From Eledone cirrhosa (Eukaryota), in contig OZ024763.1 in NCBI GenBank assembly GCA_964016885.1, forward strand, positions 3,968,001-4,032,000: a stretch of 64,000 nt of DNA. Reading direction: 5' to 3'. Each line of letters opens with the position of its first letter. Within the stretch, counting starts at the first letter, position 1. The notes beneath the pieces were generated by a model that was not told the DNA's origin, made no database searches, and saw nothing but the letters and a program-made list of their open reading frames with translations. A program made the translations under genes and the position numbers. Shown piece by piece: positions 38,670 to 53,800 of the stretch.

Positions 38670-41600
38670 GTGAGTAGATCATACTTTTCTTTAAAACATT
38701 ATTTGTCATATTTCTAATGAGAGAAACTGTCTAAGTCTTTAACCCTTTCTTAGACAGTGTCTCTCATTAGAAATATGACAAAGAAAGGGTTAAAGACTTA
38801 GACAGTGTCTCTCATTAGAAATATGACAAAGTCTTTAACCCTTTCTTTGTCATATTTCTAATGAGAGACACTAAGTCTTTAACCCTTTCTTTCTCTTATT
38901 TCTAACGAGAGACACTAAGTCTTTAACCCTTTCTTTCTCTTATTTCTAACGAGAGACACTAAGTCTTTAACCCTTTCTTTCTCTTATTTCTAACGAGAGA
39001 CACTAAGTCTTTAACCCCTTCTTTCTCTTATTTCTAACGAGAGACACTAAGTCTTTAACCCTTTCTTTCTCTTATTTCTAACGAGAGACACTAAGTCTTT
39101 AACCCTTTCTTTCTCTTATTTCTAACGAGAGACACTAAGTCTTTAACCCTTTCTTTCTCTTATTTCTAACGAGAGACACTAAGTCTTTAACCCCTTCTTT
39201 CTCTTATTTCTAACGAGAGACACTAAGTCTTTAACCCTTTCTTTCTCTTATTTCTAACGAGAGACACTAAGTCTTTAACCCTTTCTTTCTCTTATTTCTA
39301 ACGAGAGACACTACTTGGAGTGACTCTCTGATCTCCGAGTTATGCACTTTATCATGTAACGTTACTCCAAACACCTTTTGGGGGTATCTCATTTTAGCCG
39401 CTTGTATTCGTGATCGTATTTTTTCGCTCCTTCCCCAAGATTCATGACCATAAGTAAGGGTTGGCACGAACACCAAATTAAAGACAGGGAGTTTCACTTT
39501 TACGCCTACCTCCCTTCTTCTGATTACTGAATTATGAAGCTGGCGCATTACTGTACCAGCTCCAGCAATTCTTGCACTTAATTCAAAATCCTTCCTTCTA
39601 TCATTTGTGAACATGGGCCTGAGATACTTGAACTTCTCCCTGCGTCAATGGAACTCCATTCACATGTAAAGTGCACTGCGCAGTCTTCCTTGAGAGGACG
39701 AGTGTCTCAGTTTTCACAGCACTGATTTTCATTCCAGCCATGCAACGCTCAGCATCAAACCTATCAAGTGCAAGTTGAAAATCACCTTCTGTTGAGTTAA
39801 GTAACACCATGTCGTCTGCAAATACCAGCCGACTGTTTTACATCCACCAGTCATGATACCACTTCCAACCTGATTGCGCATGTCACAGTTGGCTTGATTT
39901 CTCCCTGGCTCATATGATTTTCATGGATATATCATCAAATATGGATGTAATGTTTTTGAGAAAAAGCAAGTGGAGCATGCTGTTGTGGAGCATTCACTTC
40001 GTAAGCGGGAATCGAGTGCAACGTCTGTAAAAATCCAGCAGGAATTGAGGTGCAGTGTATGTGACCAATTTCTTCTGACACTAGCTGGTTTTGTTAACAT
40101 ACATACATATGTACATTTATACAGACAGACGGACAGACAGTGGGTACCATGGAACAAATGGAAAGCTGTATGTACCATTTAGACAAACCATATGGATAAA
40201 TTTCTCTTTCTTTGATTTTGTTTATTTGTTTATTTATATATATATATATACAGGATGTTCCAAAAAAATGTATACACATATTTATTAAAATGCTGTTAAA
40301 GTGTGCATATATATTTTTGGGACACCGTGTATATGTGTATCTTTCTTTTCTTTCAGTTATGGAAGACGAACCTTTGGTGTGTTCAAAATGATGGGAGTGC
40401 CTGGTCCTGAACCAGTCACATTCATAGGCAACATGATTGACATGTCACAGGTAAAATATATCAAATATAGCTGCTGCTGTTGGTGGGGTGGTGGTGGTGG
40501 GGAGTCTGCTGACGATCATGTCACCATTTTATGTCCATTTTTCCATGCTTACATGGGTTGAATTGGTCTTTTCCAGCACAGCATCCCTCTACGTCTTCAA
40601 CTCAACTGTGAGCCTCAGAGATTTGAGATCAGCTCTCACAACATCTGCCCAGGTCTCCCTTGGCCTCCCTCTACTGTAGCTCCCTTCCGGTGTTTAGAGG
40701 ACTGGATTTGCAATCATGAGGTTGTGATTTCGATTCCCGGACCAGGCGATGTGTTATGTCCTTGAGCAAAACACTTTATTTCATGTTGCTTCTTTTATCT
40801 GGATTTGTTAGTATTAGGAATTAGAAAGACCAATGGAAACATTGTTTCCTCGGTCTGATTTGACAAGCTCCACCCCACTCGATAAGTGAATGAGGTCTGG
40901 GATCTTGTCGATCAACTGTCGATACCACATGAGGAGTAATTTGAGGGTGTATGCCACATGAATGGTAATTTTGTGGCTGTATACCACATGGGTAATTTTG
41001 CCATGAAGGTGTCAAATGTGTAAAAGGTTTGGAGCGTTACACACCAGATAAAGGGTATTTTTAAGGGTATACTTTTGTGTAAAAGGTTTGGGGATCTCTA
41101 TACTAGAATGTTATCCATCATATTATGAGTAATTTTAGGGGTCAAATATGTAAAAAGTTAAGGATTTTCTGTTTTCAAGTGTTATCCATGATTGTGTGTA
41201 ATTTTCGGGGTATACTTCAGCTATGAAGGGGTCTAGTTTTCCATGAAGAGGCTGATAGTGTAAAAAGTTTGGGGCTTCCTTTACTAGTATTGACAGGTGG
41301 GTCAGGCATGCCCCTGTAACATTCTAACATACTATGGTACTCAAAGGATGAAGCTCCTACATGCATGTAACCTTGACACCACATGTCATGTGTTGGTACA
41401 TGTCTTACATCTGACATGTAACCTTGACACCACATGTCATGTGTTGGTACATGTCTTACATCTGACACATTCCTGTGTGGGAGCATTCATGAGTTATTTG
41501 CTGTAAGTTTACATGCACACACACATACACACTTTCAAATACACACACACACATACACACTCTCACACATTCACACTCTCTCAAACACACACTTTCAAAT

Positions 41601-44600
41601 ACACACACACATTCACACTCTCTCAAACATACACACTTTCAAATACACACACACATTCACACTCTCTCAAACATACACACTTTCAAATACACACACACAT
41701 ACACACTCTCTCAAACACACACTTTCAAATACACACACACATTCACACTCTCTCACACATACACACTCTCTCAAACATACACACTTTCAAATACACACAC
41801 ACATACACACTCTCTCAAACACACACTTTCAAATACACACACACATTCACACTCTCTCACACATACACACTCTCTCAAACATACACACTTTCAAATACAC
41901 ACACACATTCACACTCTCTCACACATACACACTCTCTCAAACATACACACTTTCAAATACACACCCACATTCACACTCTCTCACACATACACACTCTCTC
42001 AAACACACACTTTCAAATACACACACACATACACACTCTCACACATTCACACTCTCTCAAACACACACTTTCAAATACACACACACATTCACACTCTCTC
42101 AAACATTCACACTCTCTCAAATACACACTTTCAAATACACACACACATTCACACTCTCACACATTCACACTCTCTCAAACACACACTTTCAAATACACAC
42201 ACACATTCACACTCTCTCAAACATTCACACTCTCTCAAATACACACTTTCAAATACACACACACATTCACACTCTCACACATTCACACTCTCTCAAACAC
42301 ACACTTTCAAATACACACACACATTCACACTCTCTCAAACATTCACACTCTCTCAAATACACACTTTCAAATACACACACACATTCACACTCTCACACAT
42401 TCACACTCTCTCAAATACACACTTTCAAATACACACACACATTCACACTCTCTCAAACATTCACACTCTCTCAAATACACACTTTCAAATACACACACAC
42501 ATTCACACTCTCACACATTCACACTCTCTCAAATACACACTTTCAAATACACACACACATTCACACTCTCTCAAACATTCACACTCTCTCAAATACACAC
42601 TTTCAAATACACACACACATTCACACTCTCACACATTCACACTCTCTCAAACACACACTTTCAAATACACACACACATTCACACTCTCTCAAACATTCAC
42701 ACTCTCTCAAATACACACTTTCAAATACACACACACATTCACACTCTCACACATTCACACTCTCTCAAACACACACTTTCAAATACACACACACATTCAC
42801 ACTCTCTCAAACATTCACACTCTCTCAAATACACACTTTCAAATACACACACACATTCACACTCTCACACATTCACACTCTCTCAAATACACACTTTCAA
42901 ATACACACACACATTCACACTCTCTCAAACATTCACACTCTCTCAAATACACACTTTCAAATACACACACACATTCACACTCTCACACATTCACACTCTC
43001 TCAAACACACACTTTCAAATACACACACACATTCACACTCTCTCAAACATTCACACTCTCTCAAATACACACTTTCAAATACACACACACATTCACACTC
43101 TCACACATTCACACTCTCTCAAATACACACTTTCAAATACACACACACATTCACACTCTCTCAAACATTCACACTCTCTCAAATACACACTTTCAAATAC
43201 ACACACACATTCACACTCTCACACATTCACACTCTCTCAAACACACACTTTCAAATACACACACACATTCACACTCTCTCAAACATTCACACTCTCTCAA
43301 ATACACACTTTCAAATACACACACACATTCACACTCTCACACATTCACACTCTCTCAAACACACACTTTCAAATACACACACACATTCACACTCTCTCAA
43401 ACATTCACACTCTCTCAAATACACACTTTCAAATACACACACACATTCACACTCTCACACATTCACACTCTCTCAAATACACACTTTCAAATACACACAC
43501 ACATTCACACTCTCACACATTCACACTCTCTCAAACACACACTTTCAAATACACACACACATTCACACTCTCTCAAACATTCACACTCTCTCAAATACAC
43601 ACTTTCAAATACACACACACATTCACACTCTCACACATTCACACTCTCTCAAACACACACTTTCAAATACACACACACATTCACACTCTCTCAAACATTC
43701 ACACTCTCTCAAATACACACTTTCAAATACACACACACATTCACACTCTCACACATTCACACTCTCTCAAACACACACTTTCAAATACACACACACATTC
43801 ACACTCTCACACATACACACTCTCTCAAACATACACACTTTCAAATACACACACACATTCACACTCTCTCAAACATACACACTTTCAAATACACACACAC
43901 ATTCACACTCTCTCACACATTCACACTCTCTCAAACACACACTTTCAAATACACACACACATTCACACTCTCTCAAACATACACACTTTCAAATACACAC
44001 ACACATTCACACTCTCTCACACATTCACACTCTCTCAAACATACACACTTTCAAATACACACACACATTCACACTCTCTCACACATACACACTCTCTCAA
44101 ACACACACTTTCAAATACACACACACATACACACTCTCACACATTCACACTCTCTCAAACACACTTTCAAATACACACACACATTCACACTCTCTCAAAC
44201 ATTCACACTCTCTCAAATACACACTTTCAAATACACACACACATTCACACTCTCTCAAACATACACACTTTCAAATACACACACACATTCACACTCTCTC
44301 ACACATACACACTCTCTCAAACACACACTTTCAAATACACACACACATACACACTCTCACACATTCACACTCTCTCAAACACACACTTTCAAATACACAC
44401 ACACATTCACACTCTCTCACACATTCACACTCTCTCAAATACACACTTTCAAATACACACACACATTCACACTCTCACACATTCACACTCTCTCAAACAT
44501 ACACACTTTCAAATACACACACACATTCACACTCTCACACATACACACTCTCTCAAACATACACACTTTCAAATACACACACACACACACACACACATTC

Positions 44601-46791
44601 ACACTCTCTCAAACATACACACTTTCAAATACACACACACATTCACACTCTCTCAAACACACACTTTCAAATACACACACACACATTCACACTCTCTCAA
44701 ACATACACACTTTCAAATACACACACACATTCACACTCTCTCACACATTCACACTCTCTCAAACACACACTTTCAAATACACACACACATTCACACTCTC
44801 TCAAACACACACTTTCAAATACACACACACATTCACACTCTCTCAAACATACACACTTTCAAATACACACACACATTCACACTCTCTCACACATACACAC
44901 TCTCTCAAACACACACTTTCAAATACACACACACATTCACACTCTCTCAGACATTCACACTCTCTCAAATACACACTTTCAAATACACACACACATTCAC
45001 ACTCTCTCAAACATACACACTTTCAAATACACACACACATTCACACTCTCTCACACATACACACTCTCTCAAACATACACACTTTCAAATACACACACAC
45101 ATACACATTCTCTCACACATACACACTCTCTCAAACATACACACTTTCAAATACACACACACATTCACATTCTCTCACACATACACACTCTCTCAAACAT
45201 ACACACTTTCAAATACACACACACACACACACACACTCTCTCAAACACACACACTTGGTGATGGTGTAATGATGATGATGTGATGATGGTGATGGTGATG
45301 ATACAATGATGATGATGATGATGATGATAGTGATGTTGATCATTTTAAATATTTTTAACATCAATTTCTTTTTCCCTCCTCAGGCTCCACATTTTGTTCT
45401 AAATTACTGGCGAGAGAAATATGGAGACACATTTGGGTAACAATATTTTAATCTACCATTTACTTGGCAGAGTTGTTAGAATGTTTAATTAACCCTTTGT
45501 GAAGTTATGGTCTAAAGACCAACTTAACCCATGATTCTTGATACAAAACTGTTCATATTTATACGGAGGATTGATAGTATTGGTAGAGTTTCAGACGCCA
45601 TGCTTTGCAGCATAGAGTTACGGCCCTTTGCGGTTTGAGTTAAAATCCCGCTGAGGTTAACTTTGCCTTTCATCCTTACAGGGTTGAGAAAATAAAGTAC
45701 CAGTAATGCACTAGGGTAATTGCTGGCCTTGTGCCAAAGGTAGAAACAATTATCTCACATAATATCGAATCTACAAGATTTTGATATTGTTTTATTTTGA
45801 GATCAATACCTCAACGTCCACATGAGCAGCTGGTTACAGCCGGTTTGAACAGAAAGAGGTAAGAAAATTTTGGTCGGATATGGCCAGTTTAAATACTTTG
45901 TGAAGTTATGTTCGAAACACCAGCTTAACCCTTTATACAAAACCGCCTGAAACCACCCATAGTTCATGATACAAAGCTGTTCATATTTATACTAGTGGAG
46001 TCATGCCATCAATAATAACATCAATAGTTTTGAACAAAGGGTCTTTGGTGTAACGTTACTCAATAGGGTGCATACTGGAGTGCTGATAATATCCTGGTTA
46101 ACGCTTTACCATTTACATTTATGCATATCAGAGATTTGTGTCTCCTCCTCAGAGAATGACTACTCCTATGATTCTATATATATTTTTTTATTTGTCATTT
46201 AGTGTACATTTTGGCTGTTATCCTCAACTAGTCTTTCATGACCCAAAAGTTTTAGAAGAAATCTATGTAAAGAATTTCTCCAATTTTATGAACAGACCAG
46301 TAAGTATTCTGTTTTTTATTCTTTTGCTGGTTTCAGTCATTTGACTCTGGCCATGCTGGAGCAAAACTTTAAAGAAATTTTAGTTGATCATATTGACACC
46401 AGTACTTACGTTTTTTCCAAGTCTGGTACTGAATTTATCAATTTCTTAACCTTTAGTGGGCTGAATTTTTTTAATGAATTGCTTCCCTTGACACAGTGTA
46501 TTGTATTAAGGGGATAATACTCTATCTGTGACTTCTGTCGACCACAGCACCAACAGGGTTAAGTTACTTGACAGAGACGCAGATATAAACACAGACAAAA
46601 CACACAGACACACACATATATGCAAATGTGTTTTCCCCTCTTTTTTTTCTCACTCTTTCTATGTTATCTTCTGATGAAGGACAATTGCCTGAAACATTAG
46701 GACTCTTTTCCTGCTATTTCAAGCATTAAACTAATATATTTATTCAACGTACTATGTCGTTTTCTTTGTAATTTCTGTTTACTTTTTACAC

Positions 46792-46822
<31 letters not shown>

Positions 46823-48412
46823 TAGATATCTTTTCTTCGCCCACTTATTCCTGAGAGGGTCATGGGAGCAGAGTCCTCAAACACTCCCTCCAGCAGGTCC
46901 TATCCAAAACAACCATCTTCAACTGATCTGACTGGATCCCCAAGCAGGACCAGCCAAGCTTATGTATGTAATCCAACCATCTTGCTCAGGGTCTCCTACT
47001 TTTTTTGCCTGTTCTAACCACATGTCCATAGTATCAGAGCTGTGATCTCTCAATTGGGAGAAGTAGAAGCTCTACCTGGAGTGACTCTCTGATCTCTGAG
47101 CTACAAATCTGTCCAGCGATTCTTTCCTGAGACATTCTAACCACATGTCCATAGTATCAGAGCTGTGATCTCCCAATTGGGAGAAGTAGCAGCTCTACCT
47201 GGAGTGACTCTCTGATCTCTGAGCTACAAATCTGTCCAGCGATTCTTTCCTGAGACATTCTAACCACATGTCCATAGTATCAGAGCTGTGATCTCCCAAT
47301 TGGGAGAAGTAGCAGCTCTACCTGGAGTGACTCTCTGATCTCTGAGCTACAAATCTGTCCAGCGATTCTTTCCTGAGACATTCTAACCACATGTCCATAG
47401 TATCAGAGCTGTGATCTCCCAATTGGGAGAAGTAGCAGCTCTACCTGGAGTGACTCTCTGATCTCTGAGCTACAAATCTGTCCAGCGATTCTTTCCTGAG
47501 ACATTCTAACCACATGTCCATAGTATCAGAGCTGTGATCTCTCAATTGGGAGAAGTAGCAGCTCTACCTGGAGTGACTCTCTGATCTCTGAGCTACAAAT
47601 CTGTCCAGCGATTCTTTCCTGAGACATTCTAACCACATGTCCATAGTATCAGAGCTGTGATCTCCCAATTGGGAGAAGTAGCAGCTCTACCTGGAGTGAC
47701 TCTCTGATCTCTGAGCTACAAATCTGTCCAGCAATTCTTTCCTGAGACATTCTAACCACATGTCCATAGTATCAGAGCTGTGATCTCTCAATTGGGAGAA
47801 GTAGCAGCTCTACCTGGAGTGACTCTCTGATCTCTGAGCTACAAATCTGTCCAGCAATTCTTTCCTGAGACATTCTAACCACATATCCATCGTAAATATA
47901 TATATATTGTTATAGGGTAGAATGCCTCACAGTGAAGTTTATACCAGTTCGATAGTAAAATTGCCATAATGTGGCCATTTTACTAAATCTGAAGTCTTCA
48001 TATCACCTACTCTATGAAATTCTGTCTGATTTGTTTATCTCCCGTTACAGGTAATGACATTGCCAAATGAATATATCGATTCGATGATGATAATAACCAA
48101 AGACGATCACTGGAAATTTCTCCGGACAACTCTATCTCCTTTATACTCAGGGCGCCAACTGAAAGGAGTAAGTAGAACCTCTCTTCCTCTCTCTCTCTCT
48201 CTCCTATCTCTTCCTCTCTCTCTATATATATATATAACAAAGAAGGTGTGGTAGGATACCAGGTGGACCATAACGCACCAGAGTACTCAATACTTAGAGT
48301 AGTAGAGTGGGTAATAGGAAGAGAGTCAGGACCCCGACGGCTGAGCTCTGGCCGTTTCGACAGCTAGGTCCGAACTAAGCCACCAGACTGGTAACTCTTT
48401 TCCTATATATAC

Positions 48413-48507
<95 letters not shown>

Positions 48508-48632
48508 TATATATATATACATATACAAAATATATATACATATATAAAATATATATATACATATATAAAATATATATATATACATATACAAAAATATATA
48601 TAGAATATATATATATATATAAAATATATATA

Positions 48633-48675
<43 letters not shown>

Positions 48676-50761
48676 AAATATATATATATATATATATATT
48701 ACATATACAAAATATATATATATATACATATACAAAAATATATATAGAATATATATATATAGAATATATATATATAGAGAGAGAGAGAGAGAATATATAT
48801 ATATATAAATATATAGAATATATATATATATATATAGAATATATATATATATATAGAATATATATATATATATAGAATATATATATACAGAATATATATA
48901 TATATATAGAATATATATACATATATAGAATATATATACATATATAGAATATATATACATATATATAGAATATATATATATATATAGAATATATATATAT
49001 ATATATAGAATATATATATATATATAGAATATATATACATATATAGAATATATATATATATATAGAATATATATACATATATAGAATATATATACATATA
49101 TATAGAATATATATACATATATATAGAATATATATATATATACAGAATATATATATATAGAATATATATATATACATATATAGAATATATATATATATAT
49201 ATACAGAATATATATATATACATATATAGAATACATATATCATCATCATCATCATCATCAGGTTTAGCGTCCGTGTTCCACGCTTGCATGGGTTTGGACG
49301 GGGGTTTTCCCACTTGAGGCAAGAGTGGTTGTCTTGCTCGCATAGGACTGTCTGGCGGGTTTTCTACAGTTGGATGCCCTTCCTAACACCAACCACATTT
49401 ACAGTGTGGGGCTGGAAGGTTTTTACCGTGTTGCCTACACGGCCACATTACAGCGTGGACTGTCTGGCGGGTTTTCTACAGCTGGATGCCCTTCCTAACA
49501 CCAACCACATTTACAGTGTGGGGATGGGAGGTTTTTACCGTGTTGCCTACACGGCCACATTACAGCGTGGACTGTCTGGCGGGTTTTCTACAGCTGGATG
49601 CCCTTCCTAACACCAACCACATTTACAGTGTGGGGCTGGGAGGTTTTTACCGTGTTGCCTACACGGCCACATTACAGCGTGGACTGTCTGGCAGGTTTTC
49701 TACAGCTGGATGCCCTTCCTAACACCAACCACATTTACAGTGTGGGGATGGGAGGTTTTTACCGTGTTGCCTACACGGCCACATTACAGCGTGGACTGTC
49801 TGGCGGGTTTTCTACAGCTGGATGCCCTTCCTAACACCAACCACATTTACAGTGTGGGGCTGGGAGGTTTTTACCGTGTTGCCTACACGGCCACATTACA
49901 GCGTGGACTGTCTGGCGGGTTTTCTACAGCTGGATGCCCTTCCTAACACCAACCACATTTACAGTGTGGGGCTGGGAGGTTTTTACCGTGTTGCCTACAC
50001 GGCCACATTACAGCGTGGACTGTCTGGCGGGTTTTCTACAGTTGGATGCCCTTCCTAACACCAACCACATTTACAGTGTGGGGCTGGGAGGTTTTTACCG
50101 TGTTGCCTACACGGCCACACTACAGCGTGGACTGTCTGGCGGGTTTTCTACAGCTGGATGCCCTTCCTAACACCAACCACATTTACAGTGTGGGGCTGGG
50201 AGGTTTTTACCGTGTTGCCTACACGGCCACATTACAGCGTGGACTGTCTGGCGGGTTTTCTACAGTTGGATGCCCTTCCTAACACCAACCACATTTACAG
50301 TGTGGGGCTGGGAGGTTTTTACCGTGTTGCCTACACGGCCACATTTACAGCGTGGACTGTGTGTTTTTTGTCGTGACACCTACACGATCTCATTTGTTTC
50401 GGCCTGGATGTTGTGGGACCAACATAACTTTACATTGAAAGGGGCGGTGTGGGTGGGGTGGAGGTGGTGGGACGGGGGTGTGTTTTGATAGAGATGCCTA
50501 CTGACTGTAGTAGGTTTTTACTTTGTATTTAGGTAAGGCGGGTCTTCTCTATTACTGAGTACCGCCAAAGGTCTCGGTCCAGTGACATTGTCTTGGAGAG
50601 GTGTAAGCGTGTGAGGTCGGAATTTATCAGCTCGTCCCATGTTTTTCTGGGTCTGCCTACTCCGTGGCTACCATCTATCTTTATTGCCCTGCACTTTGTT
50701 ATACAGCTGTCGTCTTTCATGCGCATCACGTGACCGTACCAACGTATATCATCATCATCAT

Positions 50762-50822
<61 letters not shown>

Positions 50823-53800
50823 ATATATACATATATATATCATCATCATCACCGTTTTATGTCCGTTCTTCCATGCTAGCATGGGTTAGATGTGTTGTCC
50901 TGTTGTGGGCAGTGTCCGGTCGGCTGACCTTGTCTTGCTCATACAGGAACTGATTCTGGCCTGATTTCTACAGCTGGATGCCCTTCCTAACACCAACCTC
51001 ATTTACAGTGAGTGCTGGGTGCTTTTTTCCATGGTGCCTACACGACCACTTTACAGTGGAAGGGGGTGGAGGCATATTGTCTATATGGGGGCACATGGTT
51101 TAGTGGTTTGAGCATTGGCCTTGCAATCGAAAGGTTGTGAGTTCAATTCTCAGACCGGGTGATGTGTTGTTTCCTTGAGCAAGACACTTTATTCCACATT
51201 GCTCCAGTTTACTCAGCTGTAGAAATGAGATGATAGGGAATGGGGTCCCTATCATTCCACTGCAAAGTGGTCGTGGAGGTGCCACGGCAAAAAAGCACCC
51301 AGCACTCACTGTAAATGAGGTTGGTGTTAGGAAGGGTATCAAGCTGTAGAAATCAAGCCAGAATCAGTTCCCGTCCCACCCTTGCAAGCAAGGAAAAGTG
51401 GATGTAAAATGATGATGATGATGATATACATACATGCATATAATGTGTATATGATGATGATGATGATGATGATAGGTTTTCTTATGTTTATTGTTTTGTA
51501 TGTTTTTTTGTTATTCACTGTTGGTTGTTGTTTTCACAGATGTTGGAGTTGTTGAAGAAACCAACCAATAACTTAATCAGTGTCTTGAGCAAGTTCTCAG
51601 AAAGTGGACAGGACTGTGATGTTCAAGAGTAAGTGATGTCATATCGATTGAATAGAAGTAAACATACATACACACATACACCGGGTCTGAACACAGAGGA
51701 GCCAAACTCCCATTGTCATCGCCCTCCCCATCTCTCACTATTATGAGCAAATGGGGTCCCACATGCTGGCCTCCCCACGGCCCCTGCAGACAGAATGGAG
51801 AAGGCATTTCCCCGGAGGATGGTAAGGGAGATGCGCTGGAAGAGCCATTCCATCTCGTGAGGCTCACACTTGCAGCTAACCAGATCAGCGCCTATGGTGG
51901 TAAGTAGGGAGGTAGCCCTAGGGCCAAGGACACCAGAAGTCTCCACTGCTAGGGGTAGTCAGCTCTGCACCTATGGTGGTAAGTAGGGAGGTAGCCCTAG
52001 GGCCAAGGACACCAGAAGTCTCCACTGCTAGAGGTAGTCAGCTCTGCACCTATGGTGGTAAGTAGGGAGGTAGCCCTAGGGCTAAGGACACCAGAAGTCT
52101 CCACTGCTAGGGGTAGTCAGCTCTGCACCTATGGTGGTAAGTAGGGAGGTAGTCCTAGGGCTAAGGACACCAGAAGTCTCCACTGCTAGGGGTAGTCAGC
52201 TCTGCACCTATGGTGGTAAGTAGGGAGGTAGCCCTAGGGCCAAGGACACCAGAAGTGTCCACTGCTAGGGGTAGTCAGCTCTGCATATATGGTGGTAAGT
52301 AGGGAGGTAGCCCTAGGGCCAAGGACACCAGAAGTCTCCACTGCTAGGGGTAGTCAGCTCTGCACCTATGGTGGTAAGTAGGGAGGTAGCCCTAGGGCCA
52401 AGGACACCAGAAGTCTCCACTGCTAGGGGTAGTCAGCTCTGCACCTATGGTGGTAAGTAGGGAGGTAGCCCTAGGGCCAAGGACACCAGAAGTCTCCACT
52501 GCTAGGGGTAGTCAGCTCTGCACCTATGGTGGTAAGTAGGGAGGTAGCCCTAGGGCCAAGGACACCAGAAGTCTCCACTGCTAGGCGTAGTCAGCTCTGC
52601 ACCTATGGTGGTAAGTAGGGAGGTAGCCCTAGGGCCAAGGACACCAGAAGTCTCCACTGCTAGGGGTAGTCAGCTCTGCGCCTATGGTGGTAAGTAGGGA
52701 GGTAGCCCTAGGGCCAAGGACACCAGAAGTCTCCACTGCTAGGGGTAGTCAGCTCTGCACCTATGGTGGTAAGTAGGGAGGTAGCCCTAGGGCCAAGGAT
52801 ACCAGAAGTCTCCACTGATAGGGGCTCGACTGCAAACCTGTCGGAGAGTGACCGATACTTGGAGAGTTTACCCTCCTCAGTCCGAAGTCTCTTCAGCTGT
52901 GTGAAAAACAGGACATCTTCCCATAATAAAATGCATCCAACGCCCCCTATAGAGTACAAAAACATAAGCAAGCAAAATTAAGTCACCCAGTTTGTTTGAG
53001 ATCAGTGGCTTGGATTAAGTCCTGATTTGGTTTGTAATGACCTGCCCAAACCTTGATTGATTATTATATTATTAGGATAATGATAAGAAGGAGAAAGTTA
53101 GGTGTAAAAACTAAACTTTCTATCATGAATTCCTTGTTCATGCCAACCCTTACCTATGGTCATAAATCTTGGGTAATGACCAAAAGAATACAATTGTAAA
53201 TACAAACAGCTGAAATGTGATTCCTCCAAAGGGTCTTTGGTGTATTGTTGTTACTCAATAGAGTGTGTAACTTGAGGATCAGGAATTCACTCCAGGTAAA
53301 GCCGCTACTTCAACAAATACAGAGGCCACAACTTTAGCTGTTAGAATGTCTAAGGAAAAAATGTCAGACAAACTTTATAGGTAAAAGTAGCCAGCAAGAG
53401 AGCTAGGGGTTGACCACGAGCATGATGGTTGGATAACATCCAAGATCTCAGTTGGTTTTGCTTGGAAATCCAGCTGGATTAATTGGAGATAGTAGCTTGT
53501 GACAGGACCCTCTAGAAATAGTGTCTGAGGACTCTGCTGGCAAGATCCCTCTGAAGAAGAAGAAGAAGAAGAAGAAGGAGAATATGCCAATATATACAGA
53601 TAAAGAGATCAAAGCCAAGCAACCAGATATTATAATCAAAGGCCACAAAGAAAAAGAAATTCCTGCTAATAGAGATGTCAATATATCTTCCAAGGAAATA
53701 GAGAAACTCTCCAAATATAAAGATCTAGAGATAGAAATAACTCGAATGTGGAAAATGAAAACAGAAGCAATCCCTATAATAAAAGATGCTCTGGGAATGA

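Noticed and set aside
41434-45283. 1275-aa and 1256-aa His/Thr-rich ORFs
   Set aside because: They are translations of a CA-rich satellite that lacks stops in several frames, and they lie inside CYP intron 2.
48335-48392. Possible hammerhead on the - strand of the 410-603 family
   Set aside because: The core reads CTGGTGG and the stem III and cleavage positions do not pair, so it is not called a ribozyme from this copy.
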